A stretch of DNA of 64,000 nucleotides from Bacilli bacterium (GCA_045118975.1 JBGVCT010000016.1:96569-160568); one strand, 5' to 3'. Positions 19,834 to 29,041 are shown, counted from the first letter of the stretch. Made by a program: numbers and translations. Notes: generated from the sequence alone by a model not told the origin.

Positions 19834-20460
19834 ATGAAAGACATGAGTAGACTTTATGAAAAAGAATTGCAAGAGAAGCAAAAGGAAGTTATTGCTTTAA
19901 TTAAGGGTCTTGCAAAAAAAGATGAGATGATGTTAAAGAATTTAGTTGCCCCAATTTATATGGTGGAAGGAAGTGCGTTTGTCGATCAAACTCAACAAGC
20001 CTCATGGAATGCACTGGTTAAAAAATATACTAAGGTTAACAAAAATTATGGTGGTTTAATTGATGAATCTTTACGTGTTATGAGAACTATTGAATTAAAG
20101 GGAATAGATCATGCGATTAGAGAGTTAGTTGATTTAGAGAGTGACGTTAGTAAGGTTGTAGCAGTAGTTAATAAGTATTCTAAGCATGGAAGTGAGTTTA
20201 CTTCTACACTAGTTAGAAATAACCCTAAGATTGTAGAAATATATCCTCCAATTGCTAGGGTTGCAAAAAAAGAACCAGTTAAGGTATCAAGTGATAGAGA
20301 TGAATATAATGATAAGGGATTAACTGAGTCAATTGAGTATATGTCAAATCTAATTGAAAACTTAAATGTTGATGAGAGAATTAAGGAAGCTATAGCACTT
20401 GAAAGAGATGAACTAAAAGGCATTCAAGAAAAAAGACTTGGTAAGTCTAAAACTAAATAA
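19834..20460 (+). CDS. Hypothetical protein, paralog of 51870..52520
   Basis: 38/132 ungapped identities to the 51870 ORF in a manual alignment. Confidence 0.8.
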   Translation: MKDMSRLYEKELQEKQKEVIALIKGLAKKDEMMLKNLVAPIYMVEGSAFVDQTQQASWNALVKKYTKVNKNYGGLIDESLRVMRTIELKGIDHAIRELVDLESDVSKVVAVVNKYSKHGSEFTSTLVRNNPKIVEIYPPIARVAKKEPVKVSSDRDEYNDKGLTESIEYMSNLIENLNVDERIKEAIALERDELKGIQEKRLGKSKTK

Positions 20461-20472
20461 GGAGAAATAAGA

Positions 20473-20700
20473 ATGAACTGTTTTGAAGAATTTAAGAAAA
20501 TTATTGCAAGCAAAGTAAAAGATGCTAGTGCAATTACAATGGAGTCTAATTTAAAAGATTTAGGATTAGATTCACTTGACTTACTTGAAATTGTAAGTGA
20601 GGGAGAAGAATTGCTAAATGTAGAATTCCAAGATGAAGAATTATTGTCTTTTAAGACAATTGGTGATGTAGTTAGTTGCGCTGAAGGGAAATTAAAGTAA
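20473..20700 (+). CDS. acpP: Acyl carrier protein
   Basis: 75 aa, acidic, DLGLDSLDLLEI phosphopantetheine site. Confidence 0.92.
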   Translation: MNCFEEFKKIIASKVKDASAITMESNLKDLGLDSLDLLEIVSEGEELLNVEFQDEELLSFKTIGDVVSCAEGKLK

Positions 20701-20701
20701 T

Positions 20702-21127
20702 ATGTTATACGATGAGATTAAAAAATTAAATCTTATCGCTATGAAAGAAAAGAATACAATTGCTAGAGCAATATATTCTGTTATTATTTCACGTGTTGAT
20801 TTGATTAAAGTTAACAAAAGAGAAAAGAATGAAGAATTAAATGAGGCAGATTGTGTTGGTGTTATTCAAAAGGTTATTAAAGAATTAGAAGATGAAAAAG
20901 AAAATTATTCTAAGGTTAATAATCTTGAAAGAGTGGAATCTACTCTAAAACAAATGGAGTACGCTAAAGCTTTACTTCCTAAAGGATTAAGTGAAGAAGA
21001 GATTGTAGAAATTGTAAATTCTTTAGAAGATAAATCAATGCCTAATATTATGAAATATTTCAAAACTAACTATGCAGGCAAATGTGATATGTCTATAGTT
21101 AGTAAAATTGCAAAATCTTATAATTAA
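20702..21127 (+). CDS. GatB/YqeY domain protein
   Basis: AMKEKN..ARAI, LLPKGLSEEEI, MPNIMK...YAGKCDM..VS pattern. Confidence 0.82.
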   Translation: MLYDEIKKLNLIAMKEKNTIARAIYSVIISRVDLIKVNKREKNEELNEADCVGVIQKVIKELEDEKENYSKVNNLERVESTLKQMEYAKALLPKGLSEEEIVEIVNSLEDKSMPNIMKYFKTNYAGKCDMSIVSKIAKSYN

Positions 21128-21132
21128 AATTA

Positions 21133-21161
21133 ATAGACATTTGAAAACAAGCATGTTATAA
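21133..21161 (+). promoter_or_regulatory. sigma-A promoter of tRNA-Trp
   Basis: TAGACA-17 bp-TATAAT with extended TG. Confidence 0.7.
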
Positions 21162-21175
21162 TACTGCTTGTCTCT

Positions 21176-21249
21176 AGGGGTATAGTTCAAAGGTAGAATA
21201 ACGGTCTCCAAAACCGCTGATGTGGGTTCGATTCCTACTACCCCTGCCA
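21176..21249 (+). tRNA. tRNA-Trp (anticodon CCA)
   Basis: Acceptor AGGGGTA/TACCCCT, anticodon loop CTCCAAA, TTCGA T-loop, encoded CCA, downstream terminator. Confidence 0.95.
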
Positions 21250-21385
21250 TTTATGAGAAAATAAGCCCATCAGGGCTTTTTTTATTTATTAATACTTAAA
21301 ACATTATTAAATAGTGTAGTTGGTGATATACTGGAGTTAGTGATTTATATTTTATAAATCAAATATTTTGTTTATAGCATAAGAT

Positions 21386-21493
21386 ATGATAATGAGGATA
21401 AAGGGTGATGTATTATCAAGTGATATGATTATAGATAATGATTGGAAAAATACAAAGTATTGGAAGCCTGGATGGAAATATATAATTGAATAG
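21386..21493 (+). CDS. Possible 35-aa small ORF or gene remnant
   Basis: MIMRIKGDVLSSDMIIDNDWKNTKYWKPGWKYIIE; stop abuts the RBS of the SDR gene; no clear RBS of its own. Confidence 0.3.
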   Translation: MIMRIKGDVLSSDMIIDNDWKNTKYWKPGWKYIIE

Positions 21494-21506
21494 GGAGGAA
21501 ATATGG

Positions 21507-22316
21507 ATGAAAACAGTAGTAATTACAGGTAGTGCAAGAGGGCTTGGATATGAGCTTGCTAAAAGATTTAGAGAGAATAATTATAATGTGGTGTTAAGTG
21601 ACATTAATAAGGAAAATCTAGAGAAGTCAGAAAAAGAATTGATAGAAACTATTAATAGTGATGCTAGGGTTATTAGTGTTTATGCAGATGTTACTAGCGA
21701 AGCTGACTTAGAATACTTAATGGCTAAAGCACTAGAAACATTTGAATCTGTAGATGTTTGGATTAATAATGCAGGAGTTAATCAACCTAATTTACCTATT
21801 TGGGAGGTAGATAGCAAAGTTATCAATAGACTTGTAGATATTGACTTAAAGAGTGCTATTATTGGTAGTAAAATTGCTATGAAACAAATGATAAAACAAG
21901 GTTATGGACAAATATATGGTGTTGAGGGTTATGGTAGTAATGATGCGATGATGCTTGGCTTAAGTGTCTATGGCACTAGTAAAAGAGGTTTAACTTATTT
22001 CTTTAGGGCTTTAGCAAAAGAGGTAGAAGAAAAAGAATTAAACATTAAAGTAGGTTTACTATCTCCAGGTATTATGATTACTGACTTTATTACTCATTCA
22101 ATGGGTGATGATAAGTTTGAACTTCCTGAAAAAACTAAGAAAGTATACAATATATTAGGTGATTATCCAGATGTTATTTCAAAATTTTTGGTAGATAAGA
22201 TAGTTAAAAATGAAAAAAATGGTGTAAGATTTAATTGGTTAACCAATGCTAAAGCAAGTTATAGATTTATGACTTGTGCATTTAACAAAAGAGATTTCTT
22301 TAAAAAGGAGGACTAA
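21507..22316 (+). CDS. Short-chain dehydrogenase/reductase
   Basis: ITGSARGLG, NNAG, YGTSK catalytic YxxxK. Confidence 0.9.
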   Translation: MKTVVITGSARGLGYELAKRFRENNYNVVLSDINKENLEKSEKELIETINSDARVISVYADVTSEADLEYLMAKALETFESVDVWINNAGVNQPNLPIWEVDSKVINRLVDIDLKSAIIGSKIAMKQMIKQGYGQIYGVEGYGSNDAMMLGLSVYGTSKRGLTYFFRALAKEVEEKELNIKVGLLSPGIMITDFITHSMGDDKFELPEKTKKVYNILGDYPDVISKFLVDKIVKNEKNGVRFNWLTNAKASYRFMTCAFNKRDFFKKED

Positions 22317-22320
22317 GAGA

Positions 22321-22692
22321 ATGAAAATTGTAAGATGTGCACATTGTGGTAATATAGCATTTTTATTAAAGGATAGTGGGGTTCCTATGATTTGTTGTGG
22401 TGAAATCATGAAAGAACTTAATCCATTAACTAGAGATGGTGCAGTTGAAAAGCACGTTCCTGTATATGAAGTAAAGGATAATGTTGTTAATGTTGTGGTA
22501 GGAAGTGTTGTTCATCCAATGGAAGAAAAACATTTCATTGAATGGATTATTGTAGAAACTAATTTACATACTCATATTAAAAAATTAAATCCAGGAGAAG
22601 AACCAAAAGCTAGTTTTGCACTTGCAAATGAAGAGACAGTTGTAAGCGTATATGAATATTGTAATTTACATGGATTTTGGAAAAGTGAATAG
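22321..22692 (+). CDS. dfx: Desulfoferrodoxin / 2Fe superoxide reductase
   Basis: CAHCG...MICCG centre I; EKHVP, HPM, HFIEW, CNLHG centre II. Confidence 0.92.
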   Translation: MKIVRCAHCGNIAFLLKDSGVPMICCGEIMKELNPLTRDGAVEKHVPVYEVKDNVVNVVVGSVVHPMEEKHFIEWIIVETNLHTHIKKLNPGEEPKASFALANEETVVSVYEYCNLHGFWKSE

Positions 22693-22767
22693 AGGCTAGT
22701 CCTCTATTTTTTTATTGAAACACCCATTTAGTTAAATTATAATTTAAGTGTAAGTGGGTGAAGCAAT

Positions 22768-23001
22768 ATGGAAGATGAGATTATTAAGTATCAAAAGAAA
22801 CTAAAAAAATGGATCATGAAAGATAATTGGGATGATATTGCAGAGAGATTGTCTGATTCGTTTATGAGTATCATTACGATTGTTATGAATGCCAAAAGTG
22901 AGAAAGATGTTTCTCCATTAGTATATAGAAATATTGAATATACCTTAGAAAAAATAGAGTCAATTAATAAGTCTTTAAAAAAAGGAACTAGAAGGAGATA
23001 A
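22768..23001 (+). CDS. Hypothetical protein
   Basis: 77-aa ORF with upstream TATAAT. Confidence 0.6.
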   Translation: MEDEIIKYQKKLKKWIMKDNWDDIAERLSDSFMSIITIVMNAKSEKDVSPLVYRNIEYTLEKIESINKSLKKGTRRR

Positions 23002-23003
23002 TA

Positions 23004-23522
23004 ATGTTTAATATAGAGGAAATGATTAAGCATGAATTTGCTTTGCTTAAAGAAAATAGTGAGAAAGATAATGATAAATCATTAAATTATAAAGCAAGGG
23101 TTAAAGTGTATAAGTATTTAAGATTTTGTGTGGAACATAAAACAAGAGAAATGTCTTATAAAGAATATAGTGATTATATGAGACTTGAATCTAGTATCTT
23201 GTTTACGGATTTAACTTACAGAGCGAGAAGATCACTAAGGAATGGTTATGATCATTTATATAATGAGTTTCAACCTTTATTTAAAACTTTAACTAATGAA
23301 GAGATTAAAGATATATGTAATAAGTGTTTGGCTTTTTCAAAAGATATAACAAAGTTTGAAGATTTAGAATGCTATTTAAAATATGAACCAGTTAAAACAT
23401 ATGCCAGATTTATTGCTAATAGATACAAGCCAATACTTGATCAATATAAAAAAGAAGATTTAGCTTCTTATTGTGATGAAATTTTAGATAAGTCTAGAAA
23501 AACTATTAAAGGTAGGGTATAA
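23004..23522 (+). CDS. Hypothetical protein
   Basis: 172 aa; RBS AGGAG; followed by a terminator hairpin. Confidence 0.7.
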   Translation: MFNIEEMIKHEFALLKENSEKDNDKSLNYKARVKVYKYLRFCVEHKTREMSYKEYSDYMRLESSILFTDLTYRARRSLRNGYDHLYNEFQPLFKTLTNEEIKDICNKCLAFSKDITKFEDLECYLKYEPVKTYARFIANRYKPILDQYKKEDLASYCDEILDKSRKTIKGRV

Positions 23523-23604
23523 ACCCTACTTTTTTTATTAATAATTAGGGCTTATTCTTTTAAGAGGGTAATTTTATCATTAAAATTAAAATGTGGTGAT
23601 TTAT

Positions 23605-26229
23605 ATGAAGGATTTTAGTAAAACTAAATTTAAATGGACATTTAGAACATATCAACAAAGGGTGTTGGATAATAGTAAGAAATATTTAGATAATAAGAAA
23701 ATACATGTAGTGGCTGCTCCAGGTAGTGGTAAAACCATTTTGGGACTTGAATTAATTTCTAGACTTAATTCGCCATGTATTATTTTATCACCTACTGTTA
23801 CTATAAGAGATCAATGGCAAGATAGATTCCAAGAGGCTTTTTTAAATGAAGGAGAAGATATAAAGGATTATTTTTCTAATGATCTAAATAATATTCAACT
23901 TATGAATACTATTACTTATCAAGCTCTCCATAGTGCTATTAATAATGTTAGTATTGCTGATGAGGATGAAGAGTTAGATTATAGTCATTTAGATTTATTT
24001 AAAATTGTAAAAGAGAAGAAGATTACAACCATTTGCTTAGATGAAGCGCACCATCTTCAAAATGAATGGCAAAAAGCTTTAGAAAAGTTTATTAAGGGAT
24101 TAGAGGGTAAGGTTAATATTGTGGCTCTTACTGCTACTCCTCCATATGATGCAAGTGAGGAAGAATGGAATAGATATATTGGTATTTGTGGTGAGATTGA
24201 TGAAGAAATATTTGTTCCAGAACTTGTTAAACAAAATACATTGTGCCCTCATCAAGACTATGTTTATTTTAACTATCCTAGTAAAGAAGAAATTGATGAT
24301 TTTAAAGAATATAGAAGTAAAGCTTATATGGCTTTAGATGAACTTGTCTCTACTACAACTTTTGCTAAACTATATAGACAAGTTAATAGTAGAAACAATT
24401 TTAATTATGGAAAAATTTATAAAGATACAAAGGGTTATACAGCCTTACTATCTTTATTTGAATATGCAAAACTAAGTGTAGATAAAAAGATAGTCAAAAA
24501 TATGTGTGGGGATAAGGAACTTGAAGAACTTAGTTTAGCAAATGCAGAGGGTGCAATTAGATTTATATTAAATACTGATGAGTTAGATGAATTAGAAAAG
24601 GAAGAAATATTAAATATCTTTAAAAAATATTCTCTTGTTAATAGAGGAAAGGTAAGTTTGGATTTAAATGAAAAGTTAAGAAAGAAACTTGTTTCCTCAG
24701 TTGGTAAGTTAGAGAGTATTGAAAAAATTGTTGTTAGTGAATTTGAGGCATTGGGCAATAAACTTAGAATGCTTATACTTACCGATTTTATAAAAAAGGA
24801 ATCTATTGGTGATATAGGTACAGATTGTAAGTTTGCAAATATTAGTATTGTTACTATATTTGAAAAGATTAGAAGAGCTAATACAGGTGTTAAACTAGCA
24901 GCATTATCTGGTGGACTAGTTATTCTTCCTGTGAATATGCAACCAATATTAGAAAAGGATTTTGGATTAACTAAAAAGGATATTAGTTTTAAGCAAATTA
25001 ATGACACAGAATATGCTCAATGTGATATCAAGGGTACTAATAGAGACAAAGTTACTTTGATTACAGAATTATTCAAAAGAGGGGATATTGAAGTATTAGT
25101 TGGTACTAAGTCTTTACTTGGTGAAGGTTGGGATTCTCCTTGTATTAACTCGCTTATTTTAGCTAGTTTTGTTGGTAGTTTTATGTTATCAAATCAAATG
25201 AGAGGTAGAGCTATAAGAATATTTAAAGATGATCCAAATAAAGTAAGTAATATTTGGCATTTAGTTACCCTTGAACCTAGTTATATTTTAGATAATGATA
25301 AAAACATTAATAATGAAAATAGTATTGTTTCTTATGATTATAATACTCTTTCTAGAAGGTTTAATTGTTTTGTTGGGCCAAACTATGAAAAAGGTGTAAT
25401 TGAGAGTGGTATGCCTAGAATGACTTGTATCAAAGGCCCATATAACAAAGAGGGCGTTGATGCAATAAATGCTGAAATGATTAGGATGTCATTAAATAGG
25501 AAAGAGTTAAAGAATATTTGGACTAGAGCATTGGGTGGAGATGGTAAATTGTGTCTTATCAATGTTGTTTCAAAACAAAAAAGATTACCAATTGTTATGC
25601 CACTTGTTTCTCTTGCTAAGGCTTTGGGATATAACTTAGCATATATAATTCCTTTGTTAATTTTATATTTGGCTACAAATAATCTTATTTTAACTCTAAT
25701 TATAGGAGTTATTTGTTTTTGCTCGTTATTTAAAAAGACAATGGGACATTTATTTTTATTCTTTAATCATATAACAAGCAAACGCTCAATTAAGGGAATG
25801 TCCTTTATTATACTTAACTCACTAAAGAGCATTCAAAAGGTTGATTATAAGGGTAAATTAAAAATTGTCGAAAGTGATGATAAGAAGGCATTTGAAATTG
25901 GTCTTGATCATGCTTCTTTTGAAGATGAAAGAACTTTCAATGAGGCTTTAAGAGAATTTTTCTCACTAGTTGAAGATCCTAGATATATCATCATCAGAAA
26001 AAATATTTTTAAGAAAAGAGACTTTAGGGTTAGCTTTGCTCTTCCAAATATTTTAGGGGACAAAAGAGAACATGTAATGATGGTTAATTATTTTTTGAAG
26101 AAAAATATGGGAGTAATGGATATTGTATATACTAGAAGTGTATATGGTAAGATTAATATTTTGCATTATATTACTAATTCTTATGTTGTAAGAAGTGATA
26201 AGGTGGAAAGTAAACATAAAGTTATTTAA
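23605..26229 (+). CDS. SF2 (DEAD/DEAH, ResIII-like) helicase/ATPase with C-terminal TM hairpin
   Basis: AAPGSGKT, ILSPT, LDEAHH, LTATPP, LLGEGWD, QMRGRAIR; hydrophobic hairpin near residues 680-715. Confidence 0.85.
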   Translation: MKDFSKTKFKWTFRTYQQRVLDNSKKYLDNKKIHVVAAPGSGKTILGLELISRLNSPCIILSPTVTIRDQWQDRFQEAFLNEGEDIKDYFSNDLNNIQLMNTITYQALHSAINNVSIADEDEELDYSHLDLFKIVKEKKITTICLDEAHHLQNEWQKALEKFIKGLEGKVNIVALTATPPYDASEEEWNRYIGICGEIDEEIFVPELVKQNTLCPHQDYVYFNYPSKEEIDDFKEYRSKAYMALDELVSTTTFAKLYRQVNSRNNFNYGKIYKDTKGYTALLSLFEYAKLSVDKKIVKNMCGDKELEELSLANAEGAIRFILNTDELDELEKEEILNIFKKYSLVNRGKVSLDLNEKLRKKLVSSVGKLESIEKIVVSEFEALGNKLRMLILTDFIKKESIGDIGTDCKFANISIVTIFEKIRRANTGVKLAALSGGLVILPVNMQPILEKDFGLTKKDISFKQINDTEYAQCDIKGTNRDKVTLITELFKRGDIEVLVGTKSLLGEGWDSPCINSLILASFVGSFMLSNQMRGRAIRIFKDDPNKVSNIWHLVTLEPSYILDNDKNINNENSIVSYDYNTLSRRFNCFVGPNYEKGVIESGMPRMTCIKGPYNKEGVDAINAEMIRMSLNRKELKNIWTRALGGDGKLCLINVVSKQKRLPIVMPLVSLAKALGYNLAYIIPLLILYLATNNLILTLIIGVICFCSLFKKTMGHLFLFFNHITSKRSIKGMSFIILNSLKSIQKVDYKGKLKIVESDDKKAFEIGLDHASFEDERTFNEALREFFSLVEDPRYIIIRKNIFKKRDFRVSFALPNILGDKREHVMMVNYFLKKNMGVMDIVYTRSVYGKINILHYITNSYVVRSDKVESKHKVI

Positions 26230-26251
26230 AAAGTGCTTTTTGGCACTTTTT

Positions 26252-26311
26252 TAAATGTCTACTGATATTCGACATTTACTAAATTGAAAATAAATTTATA
26301 GATGGTATAAT
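26252..26311 (+). promoter_or_regulatory. Inverted repeat (candidate operator) plus sigma-A promoter
   Basis: TAAATGTC-N11-GACATTTA (26252-26278); TTGAAA-16 bp-TATAAT with extended TG (26284-26311). Confidence 0.55.
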
Positions 26312-26337
26312 TCTAGGTGTGGGGAGGTAATTGATAA

Positions 26338-27639
26338 ATGAATGATTATGGTTTTGGAGAGAGAATATATAAACTTAGAAATAAGTTTAAGATTTCTCAA
26401 AGTGAGTTAGGTAGTATGGTTGGAGTGTCAAATAAGGCGGTAAGTAAATGGGAAACTGGTGCTAGTAAACCCAGTATTAATGTGATTAATAAACTAGCTA
26501 CTATATTTCGAGTAAGTGTAGATGAATTACTAAATGATGAAGTTGAACATCAAATTACTAAAATAGTTATTACAGGAGGTCCATGCGCTGGTAAAACTAC
26601 TGCACAAAGTTGGATACAAAGCGAGTTTACTAAGAAAGGATATCAAGTAATATTTATAAGAGAGGGTGCTACAGATATTATTAATTCTGGATTAAATCAT
26701 GATGCACTTACTAATAATAAGGATTTCCAAAAAGCGATTTTAAAATATCAACTAGAAAGAGAAAATATCATATATGAAGCTTGTAAGAAGCTAAAAAACA
26801 ATAAAGTATTAATAGTTTGTGATAGAGGAGCTTTGGATGGTAAATGTTATATGTCTAATATCGAATTTAGACAAATGTTAAAAGAGTGTAATACAGATGA
26901 AATTGAATTAAGGGATGGATATGATGCAGTATTTCATCTTGTTAGTGCTGCTAAGGGTGCAAAAGAGTGTTACACTTTAGAAAATAATACTGCTAGAAGT
27001 GAAAGTGTGGAACAAGCCGCCATTGCAGATGATAAAATTATAGCGGCCTATACAGGACATCCACATTTTAGAATTATTGATAACTCAACAGATTTTAAAA
27101 CTAAAATGCTAAGATTAGTAAGTGAAATTTCAGCATTTTTAGGAGAACCAGAACCATTTGAAATTGAAAGAAAGTATTTAATCGATTACCCAGATACTAA
27201 ATACCTAGAGAGTTTAGAAAATTGCGATAAGGTTGAGATTATTCAAACTTATTTGTTAAGTGATGATAAAAACAAAGAGATAAGAATTAGACAAAGAGGA
27301 AAAGATGGTAGTTATATATACACTCAAACTGTTAAAGAAACAGTAAATGATGTAAAAAGAATAGAAAGAGAAAAGAGATTAACTAAAGAAGAGTATTTAG
27401 AGTTACTTATGAGTGCTGATCCTGATTTGAGACAAATCAGAAAGACTAGATATTGCTTGTCTGAAAATGGATATTATTATGAAATAGATATTTTCCCATT
27501 CTTCAAGGATAAGGCAATTATGGAAATAGAGCTTAAGGATGAGCAAGAAAAATTTACATTCCCTAAATTTATTAAGGTTATAAAAGAAGTGACAGATGAT
27601 ATTAACTATAAAAATCATTCTTTAGCTATGATTAAATAA
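26338..27639 (+). CDS. XRE HTH + NadR/TTD14-like P-loop + CYTH domain fusion
   Basis: SQSELG...VSKWETG HTH; ITGGPCAGKTT, CDRGALD; CYTH EIERKYL, RIR, RKTR, YEID, MEIE. Confidence 0.82.
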   Translation: MNDYGFGERIYKLRNKFKISQSELGSMVGVSNKAVSKWETGASKPSINVINKLATIFRVSVDELLNDEVEHQITKIVITGGPCAGKTTAQSWIQSEFTKKGYQVIFIREGATDIINSGLNHDALTNNKDFQKAILKYQLERENIIYEACKKLKNNKVLIVCDRGALDGKCYMSNIEFRQMLKECNTDEIELRDGYDAVFHLVSAAKGAKECYTLENNTARSESVEQAAIADDKIIAAYTGHPHFRIIDNSTDFKTKMLRLVSEISAFLGEPEPFEIERKYLIDYPDTKYLESLENCDKVEIIQTYLLSDDKNKEIRIRQRGKDGSYIYTQTVKETVNDVKRIEREKRLTKEEYLELLMSADPDLRQIRKTRYCLSENGYYYEIDIFPFFKDKAIMEIELKDEQEKFTFPKFIKVIKEVTDDINYKNHSLAMIK

Positions 27640-27649
27640 GAGGAAATAT

Positions 27650-27910
27650 ATGAATTATAATTATGAAGTTTTTTATGCTTATAAAACTAAACCACTTACT
27701 GGTTATGGTAAGGTAAGCGTGATATATATTGATGTTAATGATAAAAGTTATATCTTCAAAGAAGATATAGATGAAAGAAATCTTATTAGCTATGATAGCG
27801 AGGGGAATGAATATTATCCAATAGAGGTGAGTATAGAAATATTTAACATGCTTGTTGAGGGTGTTATAAAGATGGGATACTTAAAAACTATTGAAGAAAA
27901 TGAAATATAA
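27650..27910 (+). CDS. Hypothetical protein
   Basis: 86 aa; RBS GAGG; follows the CYTH fusion gene after 10 bp. Confidence 0.65.
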   Translation: MNYNYEVFYAYKTKPLTGYGKVSVIYIDVNDKSYIFKEDIDERNLISYDSEGNEYYPIEVSIEIFNMLVEGVIKMGYLKTIEENEI

Positions 27911-27914
27911 ATGT

Positions 27915-27943
27915 TTGACAGTATTTTGAATATGTGTTAACAT
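27915..27943 (+). promoter_or_regulatory. sigma-A promoter of the rplU operon
   Basis: TTGACA-17 bp-TAACAT with extended TG. Confidence 0.7.
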
Positions 27944-27947
27944 ATTG

Positions 27948-28040
27948 GCGTTGTGTCTCCATGTGGAGCTACAACCGCACAAAAAAGGTCTAAAAAGTAT
28001 ATATACTTTACCTTAATGGCGAGTCTTAGTGCCGTTTTAA
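27948..28040 (+). ncRNA. L21 leader (ribosomal protein autoregulatory leader)
   Basis: GC-rich hairpin GTTGT...ACAAC plus ACCGCAC and GGCGAGTC elements directly 5' of rplU; family match recalled, not computed. Confidence 0.65.
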
Positions 28041-28064
28041 AAAATAATATAGGAGGTGCATGTA

Positions 28065-28373
28065 ATGTACGCAGTAATTGAAACTGGTGGAAAGCAAGTT
28101 AAAGTTGCTAAAGGCGATTCAATCTTTGTTGAAAAATTAGATGTTAAAGAAGGAGAAAAAATTACATTTGATAAGGTTTTACTTATCGGTGGTGAATCAA
28201 GTAAAGTTGGTACTCCATATGTTGCTAATGCTACAGTAACAGCTAAAGTTGAAAAACAAGGTAAAGCAAAGAAAATTATTGTATTCAAATACAAGAATAA
28301 AACTACTTACCGTAGAACTCAAGGACATCGTCAACCATATACAAGAGTAACAATTGAGTCAATCAATGCTTAA
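28065..28373 (+). CDS. rplU: 50S ribosomal protein L21
   Basis: [14 protein letters not shown]...GHRQPYT. Confidence 0.97.
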   Translation: MYAVIETGGKQVKVAKGDSIFVEKLDVKEGEKITFDKVLLIGGESSKVGTPYVANATVTAKVEKQGKAKKIIVFKYKNKTTYRRTQGHRQPYTRVTIESINA

Positions 28374-28383
28374 TTAAATAATT

Positions 28384-28692
28384 ATGATCAAAGTAATAAT
28401 CGAGAAAAATGAATCTATAATTAATTCATTAGAAGTTAGTGGGCACTCTAACTATGATGAAAAAGGAAAAGATATAGTTTGTGCAGGAGTCAGCGCGATA
28501 GTTGTTGGTGGTATCAATGCGCTTATTAATGAAAATAAGAAAGCAATTGATTATGAATGCAAAGAGGGCTATGCAAAAGTTATAGTGAAAAAGATCGATA
28601 GTAATATCAACATGATATTAGATGTAATAACTACTCAATTGTATACAGTTGAAGAAAGTTATCCAAAATTTATAAAAATAATAGAGAAATAG
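28384..28692 (+). CDS. prp: Ribosomal-processing cysteine protease Prp
   Basis: SGHS...DIVCAGVS catalytic His/Cys; located between rplU and rpmA. Confidence 0.92.
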   Translation: MIKVIIEKNESIINSLEVSGHSNYDEKGKDIVCAGVSAIVVGGINALINENKKAIDYECKEGYAKVIVKKIDSNINMILDVITTQLYTVEESYPKFIKIIEK

Positions 28693-28703
28693 GAGGTAGA
28701 GTT

Positions 28704-28988
28704 ATGATTTTAAAGTTAGATTTACAATTATTTGCTTCTAAAAAGGGAGCAGGTTCTACTAAAAACGGAAGAGATTCTGAATCTAAACGTTTAGGTGCTA
28801 AGAAATCAGATGGAGAAGCAATTAATGCTGGTTCAATTATATATCGTCAAAGAGGAACTAAGATCCATGCAGGTAATAATGTTGGACGTGGTGGAGACGA
28901 TACATTATTCGCTTTAATTAGTGGATATGTTAAATATGAGCGTCTTGGTAAAGATAGAAAGCAAGTTTCAGTTTATCCAACTAAATAA
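28704..28988 (+). CDS. rpmA: 50S ribosomal protein L27 with Prp-cleaved N-terminal extension
   Basis: [25 protein letters not shown]. Confidence 0.97.
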   Translation: MILKLDLQLFASKKGAGSTKNGRDSESKRLGAKKSDGEAINAGSIIYRQRGTKIHAGNNVGRGGDDTLFALISGYVKYERLGKDRKQVSVYPTK

Positions 28989-29041
28989 TAATAGCCCTTT
29001 TTAAGGGCTTTTTTTAAATAATAAGGGAGGTTGTAAGTAGT

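Noticed and set aside
21035-21250. 71-aa minus-strand ORF (MAGVVGIEPTS...)
   Set aside because: It is the reverse complement of tRNA-Trp, a classic spurious ORF
19577-21500. Integrative element at tRNA-Arg or tRNA-Trp
   Set aside because: I found no duplicated tRNA 3' end (att site) and no integrase; core genes (acpP, yqeY) lie between the two tRNAs
24435-25007. 190-aa antisense ORF inside the helicase, and the other 60-100-aa antisense or alternate-frame ORFs in the track
   Set aside because: They are shadows of real genes with biased codon usage; they lack RBSs and motifs and have Ser/Leu/Phe/Ile-rich mirror composition
26268-26274. Spo0A box (TTCGACA) upstream of the XRE fusion
   Set aside because: Several copies of this 7-mer are expected by chance in the window, and the site is better explained as part of the longer inverted repeat
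28037-28294. 85-aa antisense ORF over rplU
   Set aside because: Shadow of the highly conserved rplU gene
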